From positions 1 to 64,000 of the forward strand of contig JASTWF010000328.1 in assembly GCA_030390025.1 (NCBI GenBank): a stretch of 64,000 nucleotides of DNA, given 5' to 3'. A program made the translations under genes and the position numbers. Origin of the DNA: Squalus acanthias (Eukaryota). The notes under the pieces were generated by a model, which did no database searches, was not told where the DNA came from, and saw only the letters and a list, made by a program, of their open reading frames with translations. The first letter of the stretch is position 1, and each line of letters starts with the position of its first letter. This document shows positions 11,831-23,715 of this stretch, one piece after another.

Positions 11831-12069
11831 CCTGAGCCCACTGCCCATCCCCCGACCGTGCCTGTTCTTTGTTCTCAGTGAGCACTAGCTCTTCACTTAA
11901 ACTTAGCTCCCAAATTCTCAATCCTCTCTGCCGTCAAGACTGCATTTCTCCACTAGACTAGTGATCTGGTGACTAGCGGATCGCGAGTGGAGTTTGGAGC
12001 AAGGGATCGCGAGAATATCAGTGCTAATTTGATCCTGTGAGAGACAACATCATTCATGTCCGAGGCCGG

Positions 12070-13390
12070 GACCCAGGAGCGAGGACAAGCCCAGCAGCGG
12101 GGTCAAGGCCCAGGAGTGGCACGGGCCAACAGTGGGGTCGGGGCCCAGGAGTGGCGCAGCGTGGACCAGCAGCGGGGTCGGGGCCCAGGGAAGGTGCGGC
12201 ACGGGCCAACAGTGAGGTCAAGGCCCAGGAGTGGCGCAGTGTGGACCAGCAGCGAGGTCAAGGCCCAGGAGTGGCGCGGCATGGGCCAACAGTGAGGTCA
12301 AGGCCCAGGAGTGGCGCGGCATGGGCCAACAGTGAGGTCAAGGCCCAGGAGTGGCGCGGCACGAGCCAACAGTGAGGTCAAGGCCCAGGAGTGGCGCGGC
12401 ACGGACCAGCAGCGAGGTCAAGGCCCAGGAGTGGTGCGGCATGGGCCAACAGTGAGGTCAAGGCCCAGGAGTGGTGCGGCATGGGCCAGCAGTGGGGTCG
12501 GGGCCCAGGAGTGGCGCAGTGTGGACCAGCAGTGAGGTCAAGGCCCAGGAGTGGCGCGGCATGGACCAGCAGTGGGGTCGGGGCCCAGGAGTGGCGCAGT
12601 GTGGACCAGCAGTGGGGTCGGGGCCCAGGAGTGGCGCGGCATGGACCAGCAGTGGGGTCGTGGACCAGCAGTGGGGTCGGGGCCCAGGAGTGGCGCAGTG
12701 TGGGCCAGCAGTGGGGTCAAGGCCCAGGAGTGGCGCAGTGTGGGCCAGCAGTGGGGTCGGGGCCCAGGAGTGGCGCAGTGTGGACCAGCAGTGAGGTCGG
12801 GGCCCAGGAGTGGCGCAGTGTGGACCAGCAGTGGGGTCGGGGCCCAGGAGTGGCGCAGTGTGGACCAGCAGTGGGGTCGGGGCCCAGGAGTGGCGCAGTG
12901 TGGGCCAGCAGTGAGGTCAAGGCCCAGGAGTGGCGCAGTGTGGACCAGCAGTGGGGTCGGGGCCCAGGAGTGGCGCAGTGTGGACCAGCAGTGGGGTCGG
13001 GGCCCAGGAGTGGCGCAGTGTGGGCCAGCAGTGGGGTCGGGGCCCAGGAGTGGTGCAGTGTGGACCAGCAGTGGGGTCGGGGCCCAGGAGTGGCGCAGTG
13101 TGGACCAGCAGTGGGGTCGGGGCCCAGGAGTGGCGCAGTGTGGACCAGCAGTGGGGTCGGGGCCCAGGAGTGGCGCAGTGTGGACCAGCAGTGGGGTCGG
13201 GGCCCAGGAGTGGCGCAGTGTGGACCAGCAGTGGGGTCGGGGCCCAGAAGTGGCGCAGTGTGGGCCAGCAGTGGGGTCGGGGCCCAGTGTGGACCAGCAG
13301 TGGGGTCGGGGCCCAGGAGTGGCGCAGTGTGGACCAGCAGTGGGGTCGGGGCCCAGGGAAGGTGCGGCACGGGCCAACAGCGAGGTCGGG
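12070..13390 (+). repeat. 40-bp GC-rich tandem array, about 32 copies
   Basis: Unit ggcccaggagtggcgcagtgtggaccagcagtggggtcgg. Lies just upstream of an RTE ORF start. Confidence 0.95.
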
Positions 13391-13479
13391 AGGACCACAA
13401 TGCATCCTACGAAACCCAGGCAGAGAGGACCTGCGGGAAGGAGGGAGGAGGACAGTAGGAGTATGTTTGTGTGTGTGAG

Positions 13480-13905
13480 CTAGGCCGTTGTAGCAGAGCC
13501 TGGTCTCCAATCGTCTTGGATCCCCTTGCCATTGGACCAAGACCTTGCTCTGTCAAGCCCGTGAGGTAGCTGCTGTGCAACGGCCACCCCACGTTAAAAG
13601 AATTCACGCACAGGCATCTTCCACCCTTTAAAATGAAGTTCGGGACCTGGAATGTCAGGACCCTCATGGACAACCCCAACAGTGACAGACCGGAACGCTG
13701 CACTGCTATCGTTGCCCGGGAGCTCAGACGTTTCTACATTGACATCGCTGCCCTAAGCGAGACCCGGCGGGCAGGGGAAGGCCAGCTCAAGGAGCAAGGC
13801 GGTGGCTACACCTTCTTCTGGAAAGGCAAACCTGAAGAAGAACGCCGCCTCCATGGGGTAGGTTTCGCCATAAAAAATGAACTAGTTGGGCATCTCAGAG
13901 ACTCC
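13480..13905 (+). mobile_element. RTE-clade LINE 5' end (5' UTR and endonuclease N-terminus), 3'-truncated
   Basis: MKFGTWNVRTL...IDIAALSETR...GYTFFWKG...HGVGFAI is a typical RTE APE N-terminus. Breaks at ~13905 into a block shared with 43832-44300. Confidence 0.85.
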
Positions 13906-14371
13906 CCTAGAGGGGCAACATTTGGGGACTCTCGATTCTCCACCAATTCCCATTCCCCTTCTTTCTGGTGGATAATGGAGGTGCCACGGTGTGTAATGTG
14001 CAAGTCAGTAAGAATTGTCAGCGAGGATTAATCAGCACTTTCTAATTGGAGATGTTAATCAGCGGAACCTTTCAGACACTGAATTGTAGATTTTGTACCA
14101 AAGATCAATTTAAGTTGAAGTAAAAGCTATTTTATTGTAAGATAATTTCTGATGTGTGTCCCTGAATTAAGCGGAAAGATCAGACAGCGGTTCTTAAAGG
14201 GACGCTGCAGACCCGAGAACACAATCAGCTATATATCCAGAATATTAAACTCCAGCCCAGTTACAGGGGTTATTAACATCAGCAGAAACAAACTCCAACT
14301 GTCAGAATGAACATGGTTCAGTCCTGGATGTGATTAACAGCAGCAATAACAGCAGAATCCAACCCTTGTAG

Positions 14372-15046
14372 TCACTTGTGAACTCGCTGGTGCCTCAGCA
14401 GGTTGGATGAGAGAGTGAAGCCCTTCCCACACACGGAGCAGGTGAACGGCCTCTCCCCAGTGTGAACTCGCTGATGTGTCAGCAGGTTGGATGACTGAGT
14501 GAATCCCTTCCCACACACAGAGCAGGTGAACGGCCTCTCCCCACAGTGAACTCGCTGGTGTGTCAGCAGGGTGGATGATTGATTGAATCCCTTCCCACAC
14601 ACGGAGCAGGTGAACGGCCTCTCCCCAGTGTGAACTTGCTGGTGTCTCAGAAGGTTGGATGACCGAGTGAATCCCTTCCCACACTCAGCACAGGTGAACG
14701 GTCTCTCCCCAGTGTGAACTCGCTGGTGTGTCAGCAGGGTGGATGATTGACTGAATCCCTTCCCACACACGGAGCAGGTGAACGGCCTCTCCGCAGTGTG
14801 AACTTGCTGGTGTCTCAGAAGGTCGGATGACCGAGTGAATCCCTTCCCACACTCAGCACAGGTGAACGGTCTCTCCCCAGTGTGAACTCGCTGGTGTGTC
14901 AGAAGGTTGGATGATTGAATGAATTCCTTTCCACACACGGAGCAGATGAACGGCCTCTCCCCGGTGTGACAGCGTCGATGAATTTTCAGCTGGGAAGGGT
15001 AATTGAACCCCTTCCCACAGTCCTCACATTTCCACGGTTTCTCCGT
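14372..15046 (-). CDS. C2H2 zinc-finger locus C: 8-finger ORF without ATG (ACG at the family start site)
   Basis: Open from ACG GAG AAA CCG TGG (15046) to HQRVHK*. Upstream TGAs at 15083 and 15242. Acceptor near 15410. Internal two-finger duplication. Confidence 0.7.
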   Translation of the reverse strand, partial: TEKPWKCEDCGKGFNYPSQLKIHRRCHTGERPFICSVCGKEFIQSSNLLTHQRVHTGERPFTCAECGKGFTRSSDLLRHQQVHTAERPFTCSVCGKGFSQSSTLLTHQRVHTGERPFTCAECGKGFTRSSNLLRHQQVHTGERPFTCSVCGKGFNQSSTLLTHQRVHCGERPFTCSVCGKGFTQSSNLLTHQRVHTGERPFTCSVCGKGFTLSSNLLRHQRVHK

Positions 15047-15625
15047 GTTGCGGGTGTCCTTGTGTCTCTCCAGGTTGGACGATCAGTTGAAGCCTCGTCC
15101 ACACACAGAACACGTGTACGGTTTCTCCCCACTGTGAACGGTGCGATGTTTTTTCAGACTGTGTAACTGGTTAAAGCTCTTTCCACAGTCAGTGCACTGG
15201 AACACTCTCACTCGGGTGTGTGTGTCTCGGTGCTTTTCCAGTCACACTGATGTTTGAAATCGTTTCCCACAGACAGAAGAGACAAACATTTCCCCTTCTA
15301 TATTCAAAGGCCGATGATATTCAGGTCCTGATGAATTGAGTGACTCTGAGATTTTAACGTGATGTTTGGTTTGAATTTCCCGTCTGTAAATCCTCCTCTT
15401 CTCACACCCTGTAAAAGGAGTTTACAAAAGTCATCACTGTAATTACAGGATAGAAATTCAGAACAGACAATTCTAGTTTCTATGCAACATTCTTTCCTCT
15501 CTTGTTCCCCCAAAGCTGTAAATCCCCGTCCCACACACTCTCCCTCCTCCCTGTGCTGAAATCATACCATCGCATATCGCCCAACAGTTTGTCCCCCACT
15601 CCCAGTTTTCTCCCTCGACGCTGAT

Positions 15626-16388
15626 GGGTTCAGTTCTACACTCACTGGTTCCCCTCCCTCTCCTCCCCTGAAGGTGCTGACTCTGGCTGGGTTCAGTTCT
15701 ACACTCACTGGTTCCCCTCTCTCTCCTCCCCTGAAGGTGCTGACTCTGGCTGGGTTCAGTTCTACACTCACTGGTTCCCCTCTCTCTCCTCCCCTGAAGG
15801 TGCTGACTCTGGCTGGGTTCAGTTCTACACTCACTGGTTCCCCTCTCTCTCCTCCCCTGAAGGTGCTGACTCTGGCTGGGTTCAGTTCTACACTCACTGG
15901 TTCCCCTCCCTCTCTCCTCCCCTGAAGGTGCTGACTCTGGCTGGGTTCAGTTCTACACTCACTGGTTCCCCTGAAGGTGCTGACTCTGGCTGGGTGCAGT
16001 TCTACACTCACTGGTTCCCCTCCCTCTCTCCTCCTCTGAAGGTGCTGACTCTGGCTGGGTTCAGTTCTACACTCACTGGTTCCTCTCTCTCTCCTCCCCT
16101 GAAGGTGCTGACTCTGGCTGGGTTCAGTTCCACACTCACTGGTTCCCCTCCCTCTCCTCCCCTGAAGGTGCTGACTCTGGCTGGGTTCAGTTCTAGACTC
16201 ACTGGTTCCCCTCCCTCTCCTCCCCTGAAGGTACTGACTCTGGCTGGGTTCAGTTCTACACTCACTGGTTCCCCTCCCTCTCCTCCCCTGAAGGTGCTGA
16301 CTCTGGCTGGGTTCAGTTCTACACTCACTGGTTCCCCTCTCTCTCCTCCTCTGAAGGTGCTGACTCTGGCTGGGTTCTGTTCTACACT
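15626..16388. repeat. 63-bp ZNF-associated minisatellite, about 12 copies
   Basis: Same unit as 6727-6947; period 63 (15731 to 15794). Confidence 0.95.
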
Positions 16389-16391
16389 TGT

Positions 16392-16976
16392 ACAAAAGCA
16401 AAATACTGCGGCAGCTGGAAATCTGAAATAAAACAGAAAATGCTGGAAATACTCAGGACAGCATCTGTGGAGAGAGAAACAGAGTTAACGGTTCAGGTCA
16501 ATGACGTTTCATCAGAACTGTAAAATGTTAGCAATGTAACAGGTTTTAAGATGGACCTCGTGTAGACGAGGGAAGGATGGAAATTGGAAGTAAAGTTGAT
16601 GAAGTTTTCCAGTTCAGGGCGAGAGCAGGAACCGGCACCAATAGTTATCAATGTACCGGAAAAAGAGGTGAGGGAGGGGACCTGACTCGGACTGGAACAA
16701 AGAATGTTCCACATATCCCATGAAAAGGCAGGCATAGCTAGGACACATGCGGGTTCCCATAGCAATGCCTTTATTTGGAGGAAGCGAGTGGAGTCAAAGG
16801 AGAAGTTGTTCAATGTGGGACAAGTTCAGCCAGGTGTAGGAGGCTGGTGGTGGATGGGGACTGGTTGGGCCTCTGTTCAAGGAAGAAGCGGAGCGACCTC
16901 AGGCCGTCCAGGTAGTGGATGGAGGTGTAGAGGGATTGGATGTCCATGGTGAAAAGGAGGAGGAGTGAAAAGGGCC
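16392..16976 (-). mobile_element. Penelope-like element fragment (terminal region and RT piece)
   Basis: Minus strand encodes NNFSFDST-FLQIK and an FFRYID(N) motif typical of PLE RT. Terminal aaaatgctggaaatactcag repeat. Host sequence resumes after the CR1 at ~20957. Confidence 0.7.
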
Positions 16977-19900
16977 AGGAGTAGGCCATTCGGCCCTTCG
17001 AGCCTGCTCCGCCATTCAATGAGATCATGGCTGATCTTCTGCCTCAACTCCATTCACCGGCCCTATCGCCATATCCCTTGATGCCCTTACTAGTCAGACA
17101 TATATCGACTTCTGTTTTGAATATACCCAATGACTGAGCCTCCATCGCCCTCTGGGGTAGAGAATTCCAAAGATTCACCACCCTCTGTGTGAAGAAATTT
17201 CTTCTCATCTCAGTCCTGAATGGCCTACCCTTTATCCTGAGGCTGTGGCCCCTGGTTCTAGACTCCCCAGCCAAGGGAAACATTCTCCCAGCATCCATCC
17301 TATCAAGCCCTGTAATAATTTTGTATGCTTCAATGAGATCCCCTCTCATTCTTCTGAATTCAAGAGAATACAGGCCTAGTTTACTCAACCTCTTCTCATA
17401 CGGCAGTCCCGCCATCCCAGGAATCAATCTCGTGAACCTTCGTTGCACTCCCTCTATGGCAAGTATATCCTTCCTTAGGTAAGGAGACCAAAATTGTACA
17501 TAGTACTCCAGGTGTGGTCTCACCAAGGCCCTATATAATTGGAGTAAGACTTCTTTACTCCTGTACTCAAATCCTCTTGTAATGAAGGCCAGCATACCAT
17601 TTGCCTTCCTAATGGCTTGCTGCACCTGCACATTCACTTTCAGTGACTCATGTACAAGGACACCCAGGTCCCTTTGAGCATCTGCATTCTCCAATCTTTC
17701 ACCATTTAGGAAATACTCTGCCTTTCTGTTTTTTCTACCAAAGTGGATAACTTCACATTTATCCACATTATATGCCATTTGCCATGTTCTCGCCCACTCA
17801 CTGAGCCTGTCGAGAACCCCTTGAAGCCTCTTCACATCCTCTTCGCAACTGACACTGCCACCTAGCTTTGTATCATCAGCAAATTTGGAAATGTTACATT
17901 TAGTCCCCTCATCCAAATCATTGATATAGATTGTGAATAGCTGGGGCCCAAGCACCGATCCTTGCGGTACCCCACTAGTCACAGCCTGCCATCCCGAAAA
18001 AGACCCGTTTATCCCTACTCTTTGTTTTCTGTCTGTTAACCAATTCTCAATCCATGCTAGTATATTACCCCCAATTCCATGTGCCCTAATTTTGTTCACC
18101 AACCTCTTGTGTGGGACCTTATCGAAGGCCTTCTGAAAATCCAGATACACCACATCTACCGGTTCCCCTTTGTCTACTCCACTAGTTACATCCTCAAAGA
18201 ACTCCAATAGGTTTGTCAAATAGGATTTCCCTTTCATAAATCCATGTTGACTCTGCCCAATCTTACTATTAGTTTCTAAGTGCCCAGTTATTGCATCCTT
18301 TATAATAGATTCCAGCATTTTCCCAACTACTGATGTGAGGCTAACAGATCTGTAGTTCCCCGTTTTCTCTCTCCCTCCTTTCTTAAATAGCGGGGTTACA
18401 TTTGCTATCCTCCAATCTGCGGGAACCGTTCCAGAATCTATAGAATTTTGGAAGATGACAACCAATGCGTCCACTATTCCAATGGCCACCTCTTTCAAAA
18501 CCCTAGGATGTAGGTCATCCGGTCCTTGGGATTTATCGACTTTTAGTCCCATTAATTTTGCTAGTACTGTTTTTTACTAATAATAATTTCTTTAAGTTCC
18601 TCATTCTCGTCACACCCTTGGTTTCCTTGTATTTCTGGGAGGTTTTTTGTGTCTTCCTCCGTGAAGACAGAAACAAAGTATTTATTTAATTTCTCTGCCA
18701 TTTCCTCATTCCCCATTATAAATTCTCCCGTCTCTGACTGTAAAGGACCTACATTTACCTTCGCCAGTCTTTTCCTTTTCACATACCTATAGAAGCTTTT
18801 ACAATCCGTTTTTATATTTTTCGCTAGTTTGTGCTCATATTCCATTTTCCCTTTCTTTATCAATTTCTTGGTCCCCCTTTGCTGATTTCTAAAAAGATCC
18901 CAATCCTCAGGCTGACCGCTTTTTCTGGCAACTTTATAAGCTTCCTCCTTTGACTTAATACTAGCTTTAATTTCTTTTGTTAGCCATGGTTGGATCACTT
19001 TTCCTTTTGGGTTTTTATGGCCTAGAGGAATATATGTTTGTTGCAAATTATGCATTATTTCCTTGAATGTTAGCCATTGTATGTCCACCTTCATACCTTT
19101 TAGTGTAGTCTCCCAATCTACCATGGCCAACTTGTCCCTCATACCCTTGTAGTTTCCTCTGTTTAGATTGAAGACCTTAGTTGCAGATTGGACTACATCA
19201 CTCTCAAACTTAAATGTACAGTTTAATCATATTATGGTCACTTGTCCCTAAAGGCCCCTTTACCACAAGATTATTGATTAGCCCTTTCTCATTACACAGT
19301 ACCAGATCCAGAATAGCCTGTTCCCTGGTTGGTTCCTCCACATACTGATCCAGGAAACCATCTCGCATGCATTCCAAGAATTCGTCCTCCACACCATTAG
19401 TGGTAATTTGATTTGCCCAGTCAATATGTAGATTAAAGTCCCCCATGATAACCGTATTGCCCTTGTTACATGCACTTCTAATCTCTTGATTGATACGGTG
19501 CCCTACATCACCACTACTGTTTGGTGGCCTATACACAACTCCCACCAATGTTTTCCGCCCTTTGCTGTTTCTTAGCTCCACCCAAACTGATTCCAGTTCT
19601 ACATCACGATCTGCCAAGCCAAGATCTTTTATCTCTACTGAAAAGGGTTAATTTGAACTCATGTTAAATTAAAACTCTCTTAGCTGTAAAAAGGGAATGG
19701 AAGTTATGTACGAAATAGAATAAGAAGCAACCAGGTGGATGATAAGGGGTGGCTGCCTAGCTCCATTCAAGGACAGCATACAATGGGCAACTGTGGAGAA
19801 ATACAATGGACAAGTATGGGAATGAGATGAGACCCAGCACCCAGGCAAGGCACAGAATGTGGTTCCCAACAAACATTGCTTGCAGCATATATATGTGATT

Positions 19901-20956
19901 GGATAATTGTTTTTAGTTTGTAGCTGACAAGTTAAGAAATATAAAGAATTAACCGGTTTAGTCTGAATTGACATAATTGTAATCATGTGATATTTTGTAA
20001 CAATGTGATTGGATAATTCTTAAATAAAAGGTTGTAACTGACAACGGGAGGTTGAGAAGCCGTGGTCACTAGGCCGGGTAAGGTCTATGACGCTTCTCAC
20101 AGAGATCTCTGAACATTAATAAACTGTTTGCTTTTACCTATCAACACAGACTGGAGTGAAATTAATTTCTCCCTAACATCTACCGTACCGATCTCATCCC
20201 TTATTAACAGCGCTACGCCACCTCCTTTTCCTTTTTGTCTGTCCTTCCTAAATGTTGAGTACCCTGGAACATTCAGTTCCCAGCTTTGGTTACCCTGCAA
20301 CCATGTCTCTGTAATGGCAATTACATCATACCCATTTACTTCTATTAGTGCCATTAATTCATCCACCTTGTTGCGAATGCTAAGTGCATTTAGATAAAGT
20401 GCCTTCAACTTTGCCTGTTTAATATTTTTCTGCACTTTGACCCTCTTTACTGTTGGCCTTTGTTTCTGCTCCCTACTAGTTTTGCTGACTACTTTTCTAA
20501 CTTGCACTTCCAGCTTTGTTTCTCTCCATTCTGGGCCCACACTTTGGTTCCCAGCCCCCTGACAAACTAGCTTAAATCCTTCCCAACAGCACTAGCAAAC
20601 CCCCCTGCGAGGATGTTGGTCCAGTTTCTGCCAAGGTGTAACCCGTCCAGCTTGTACAGGTCCCACCTTCCCCAGAGTGGTCCCAATGCCTCAGGAATTT
20701 AAATCCCTCCCTCCTACACCATCTCTCCAGCCACGCATTCAGCTGGTCTATTCTCCTATTTCTGCTCTCGCTAGCACGTGGCACTGGGAGTAATCCTGAG
20801 ATTACTACCTTTGAGGTCCTGCTTTTTAATTTATTTCCTAGCTCCCTATATTCTGCTTGCAGGACCTCGTCCCTCTTTCTACCTATGTCGTTGGTACCGA
20901 TATGGACCACGACCTCGGGCTGTTCACCCTCCCCCTTCAGAATGTCCTGCAGCTGC
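16977..20956 (-). mobile_element. 5'-truncated CR1 LINE (ORF1 esterase remnant and ORF2) with 19-bp TSD
   Basis: ORF1 piece VHIGTND...VVISGLLP (20572-20910). ORF2 pieces including a 502-aa RT ORF (17044-18552). aggaggagtgaaaagggcc at 16958-16976 and 20957-20975. Confidence 0.92.
19639..20178 (+). mobile_element. Solo LTR, 540 bp, inserted in CR1 endonuclease coding sequence
   Basis: Starts TG and ends CA. 5-bp TSD tctac (19634-19638 and 20179-20183). AT-rich TATA-like tract at ~20021 and aataaa at ~20119. CR1 coding resumes on both sides. Confidence 0.85.
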
Positions 20957-21034
20957 AGGAGGAGTGAAAAGGGCCCAGAAACTGGTAACTGTTAAAGTGG
21001 CGGAGGGCGCTTACACCCTGGTCCACTTTTCAAT

Positions 21035-22290
21035 CATCTCCAACACAGGAGTTCCTCAGGGCAGTGTCCTATTCCCAGCCATCTTCAGCTGCTTTATCAA
21101 TGGCCTTCCCACCACGAAAGGGTCAGAAGTGGGGAAGTTCGCTGATGATTGCACATTTTTCAGTTCCATTTGCAGCTCCACAGATAATGAAGCAGTTCGT
21201 GCCTGCCTGCCGCAAGACCTGGACGACGTTCAGGTTTGGGCTGATAAGTGGCAAGAAATATTCGCGCTACACAAGTGCCAGACAATGACCATCTCCAACA
21301 AGAGAGTCTAACCACCACCCCTTGACATTCAATGGCATTACCATCACCGAAACCCCCATCATCAACATCCTTGAAACTTATAAAATTCTGACAGGACAGG
21401 ACAAACTAGATGCAGGAAGGATGTTCCCGATGGTCGGGGAGTCCAGAACCAGGGGTCACAGTCTAAGGATAAGGGGTAAGCCATTTAGGACAGAAATGAG
21501 GAGGAAGTTCTTCACCCAGAGAGTGGTGAACCTGTGGAATTCTCTGCCACAGAAGGCAGTAGAGGCCAATTCATTAAATAGATTCAAGAAGGAGTTGGAT
21601 ATATTTCTTAAGGCTAAAGGGATCAAGGGATATGGGGAGAAAGCAGGGACAGGGTACTGAATTTGGATGATCAGCCATGATCGCATTGAATGGCGGAGCA
21701 GGCTAGAGGGGCCGAATGGCCTACTCCTGCTCCTATCTTCTATCTATGATTCTATGGAGGTCACCATTGACCGGAAACTTAACTGGACCAGCTACATAAA
21801 TATTGTGGCTACAAGAGCAGGTCAGAGGCTGGGTATCCTGTGGCGAGGGTCTCACCTCCTGACTCCCCAAAGCCTTTCTAGGCACAAGTCAGAAGTGTGA
21901 TGGAATTATCTCCACTTGCCTGGATGAGTGCAGCTCCAACAACATACAAGAGGCTTGACACCATCCAGGACAAAGCAGCCCGTTTGATTGGCACCCCATC
22001 CACCACCTTAAACATTCACTCCCTCCACCATCGGCGTACCGTGGCTGCAGTGTGTACCATCTACCAGATGCACTGCAGCACCTCCCAAACCCGCGACCTC
22101 TTCCACCTAGAAGGACAAAGGCAGTAGGCACATGGGAACACCACCAGCTGCAAGCTCCCCTCCAAGTCACACACCATCCTGACTTGGAAATAGACCGCCA
22201 TTCCTTCATAGTTGCTGGGTCAAAATCCTAGGGATGGGCAATAAACGCTGGCCTTTCGAGCGAAGCCCACATCCCGTGAACGAACAATAA
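21035..22290 (+). mobile_element. CR1-clade LINE 3' part (different subfamily), interrupted by a CR1 3' fragment at 21371-21755
   Basis: GVPQGSVL...FSCFIN...FADD motif. The inserted piece encodes ETYKIL...GIKGYG and ends in a tctatgattctat tail. Confidence 0.8.
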
Positions 22291-22424
22291 AAAAAAACAA
22301 CCCCTCCCCTTCCCACAACACCTTTCCATGCAAGCACAGCAGATCCAACACATTGGCTGTAAAGCGCTTGGGCACCTCCGGTGCTCTTGAAAGGCGCTAT
22401 ATAAATGCAAGTCTTTCTTCTTTT

Positions 22425-22517
22425 CTCTCTCCATAGACGCTGCCTGACCTGCTGAGTATTTCCAGCATTTTCTGCTTTTATTTCAGATTTCCAGCATGCG
22501 CTGTATTTTGCTTTTGT
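22425..22517 (+). mobile_element. Penelope-like terminal fragment, preceded by a SINE/L2 tail at 22350-22420
   Basis: Reverse complement of the terminal repeat seen at 16392, 45404 and 50680. Confidence 0.6.
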
Positions 22518-22537
22518 GTTGAGATGTTGAAACACCC

Positions 22538-23240
22538 GCTGTGTGCAGAGTGAGAATAAAATCAATGAGTCGATTTTCTCCCCTGGTCACTGGGACCCTG
22601 AAGCCCCGCCCACTCATTGTTCCTTTACAAAGATGGCCGCACATACGCTCCGCTGCACTATGAATCAAAATGGCGGCGCACTAAACCTTCCAGCTTTCCT
22701 TTGCAAACATGGCGGCAATTAACTGGGGCCTGTTACCGGGGAAAAAGCCCCGGATCTGCAAACGCGGAACCTGCAGGTTCTTATTCGGGGCTTGCGGCCT
22801 ACACCAGGTGCTTATGAAGCCCACCTGCCAGACCCATTACTCTCCTGCGACCATCGCCTCTCACCTGCTGCAAAACTGTGTCTGCGACCTCTGCCCACTT
22901 CCAGCTCTCACCCAAGTCTGATCGAAGTCACACTGCGCATGCTCCTAATACCGTCCCGCACCGCGCCTGCGCACTGGTCTCCTGCAGTGTGAATAGGGAC
23001 TGGAGAAACTCGCTGCCCCGCGGATCAGACAATCAGCCGGCGCTAGTCCCGCCCCTCGGGCTCCCCGATTGGTTGGAGGACCCGCCGCCGGCTCGCTCCT
23101 CCAGCCCCGCCCCGCTCGCTCTCTATTGGTCGGAAGCTCCCGTCAATCAGGCCGTGGGCCCGGGTCACGTGTCCCCGATGAGATCACGTGCTCCGTCCAA
23201 CTGACTCCGCTCGGTCCGGGGCCTCGCGGACTCTGAGGTT
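22538..23240. promoter_or_regulatory. CpG-rich putative bidirectional promoter for ZNF C(-)/D(+)
   Basis: YY1-like aagatggcc/aaaatggcgg/aacatggcgg, NRF1-like tgcgcatgc, two inverted CCAAT boxes, GC boxes, cggaag, gtcaatca, E-box gtcacgtg. 22538-22650 is the reverse complement of gene J 5' region 53970-54088. Confidence 0.7.
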
Positions 23241-23715
23241 TTTCTATTTCTCTTTATTCTCTCCCGATCCACCCCTCCCCCCCCACCCCGCGCGATTCTC
23301 CACCCAATCAGAGCGGAGAAAACTCACTCTGCGTCACCGATCGCGAGTCTGTAACCGACACCAAGGCCTTTCCCCGGAATGCCCCGCGCCGACTCCGTCC
23401 GGCAGGATCCGACCGCGCAGGCGCAGCTCCGAGTGGGGGAGGGGGGTTGGTCCCCCCTGGGTATTGCAGCCGCCATTACTGCTGATCCTTTCAACCAACC
23501 TGTGCAGCAGCTGGAGCCTGAAAATCAGCTTCACTGCCCCTAGGTTCGGAAAGGGGAAAATTAAACAACATTTTGCCTCTGATCCTTTTCTGAACTCATT
23601 TTACAGGGTTATAGAAGTGGAGCAGTTACAGGCGGGAAGCTCAGACCAAACATCACGTCAAGATCTGACAGAGTCGCTCGATTCATCAGGACCTGAATAT
23701 CATCGGCCTTTGCAC

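Noticed and set aside
12037..13540. Long ORFs of 180-355 aa on both strands
   Set aside because: They are translations of the 40-bp tandem repeat and are open in several frames.
23188..23606. N-terminal extension of the 632-aa ORF of gene D
   Set aside because: It starts at GTG and crosses promoter and intron-like sequence upstream of the family acceptor. The matching region is not open in paralog I.
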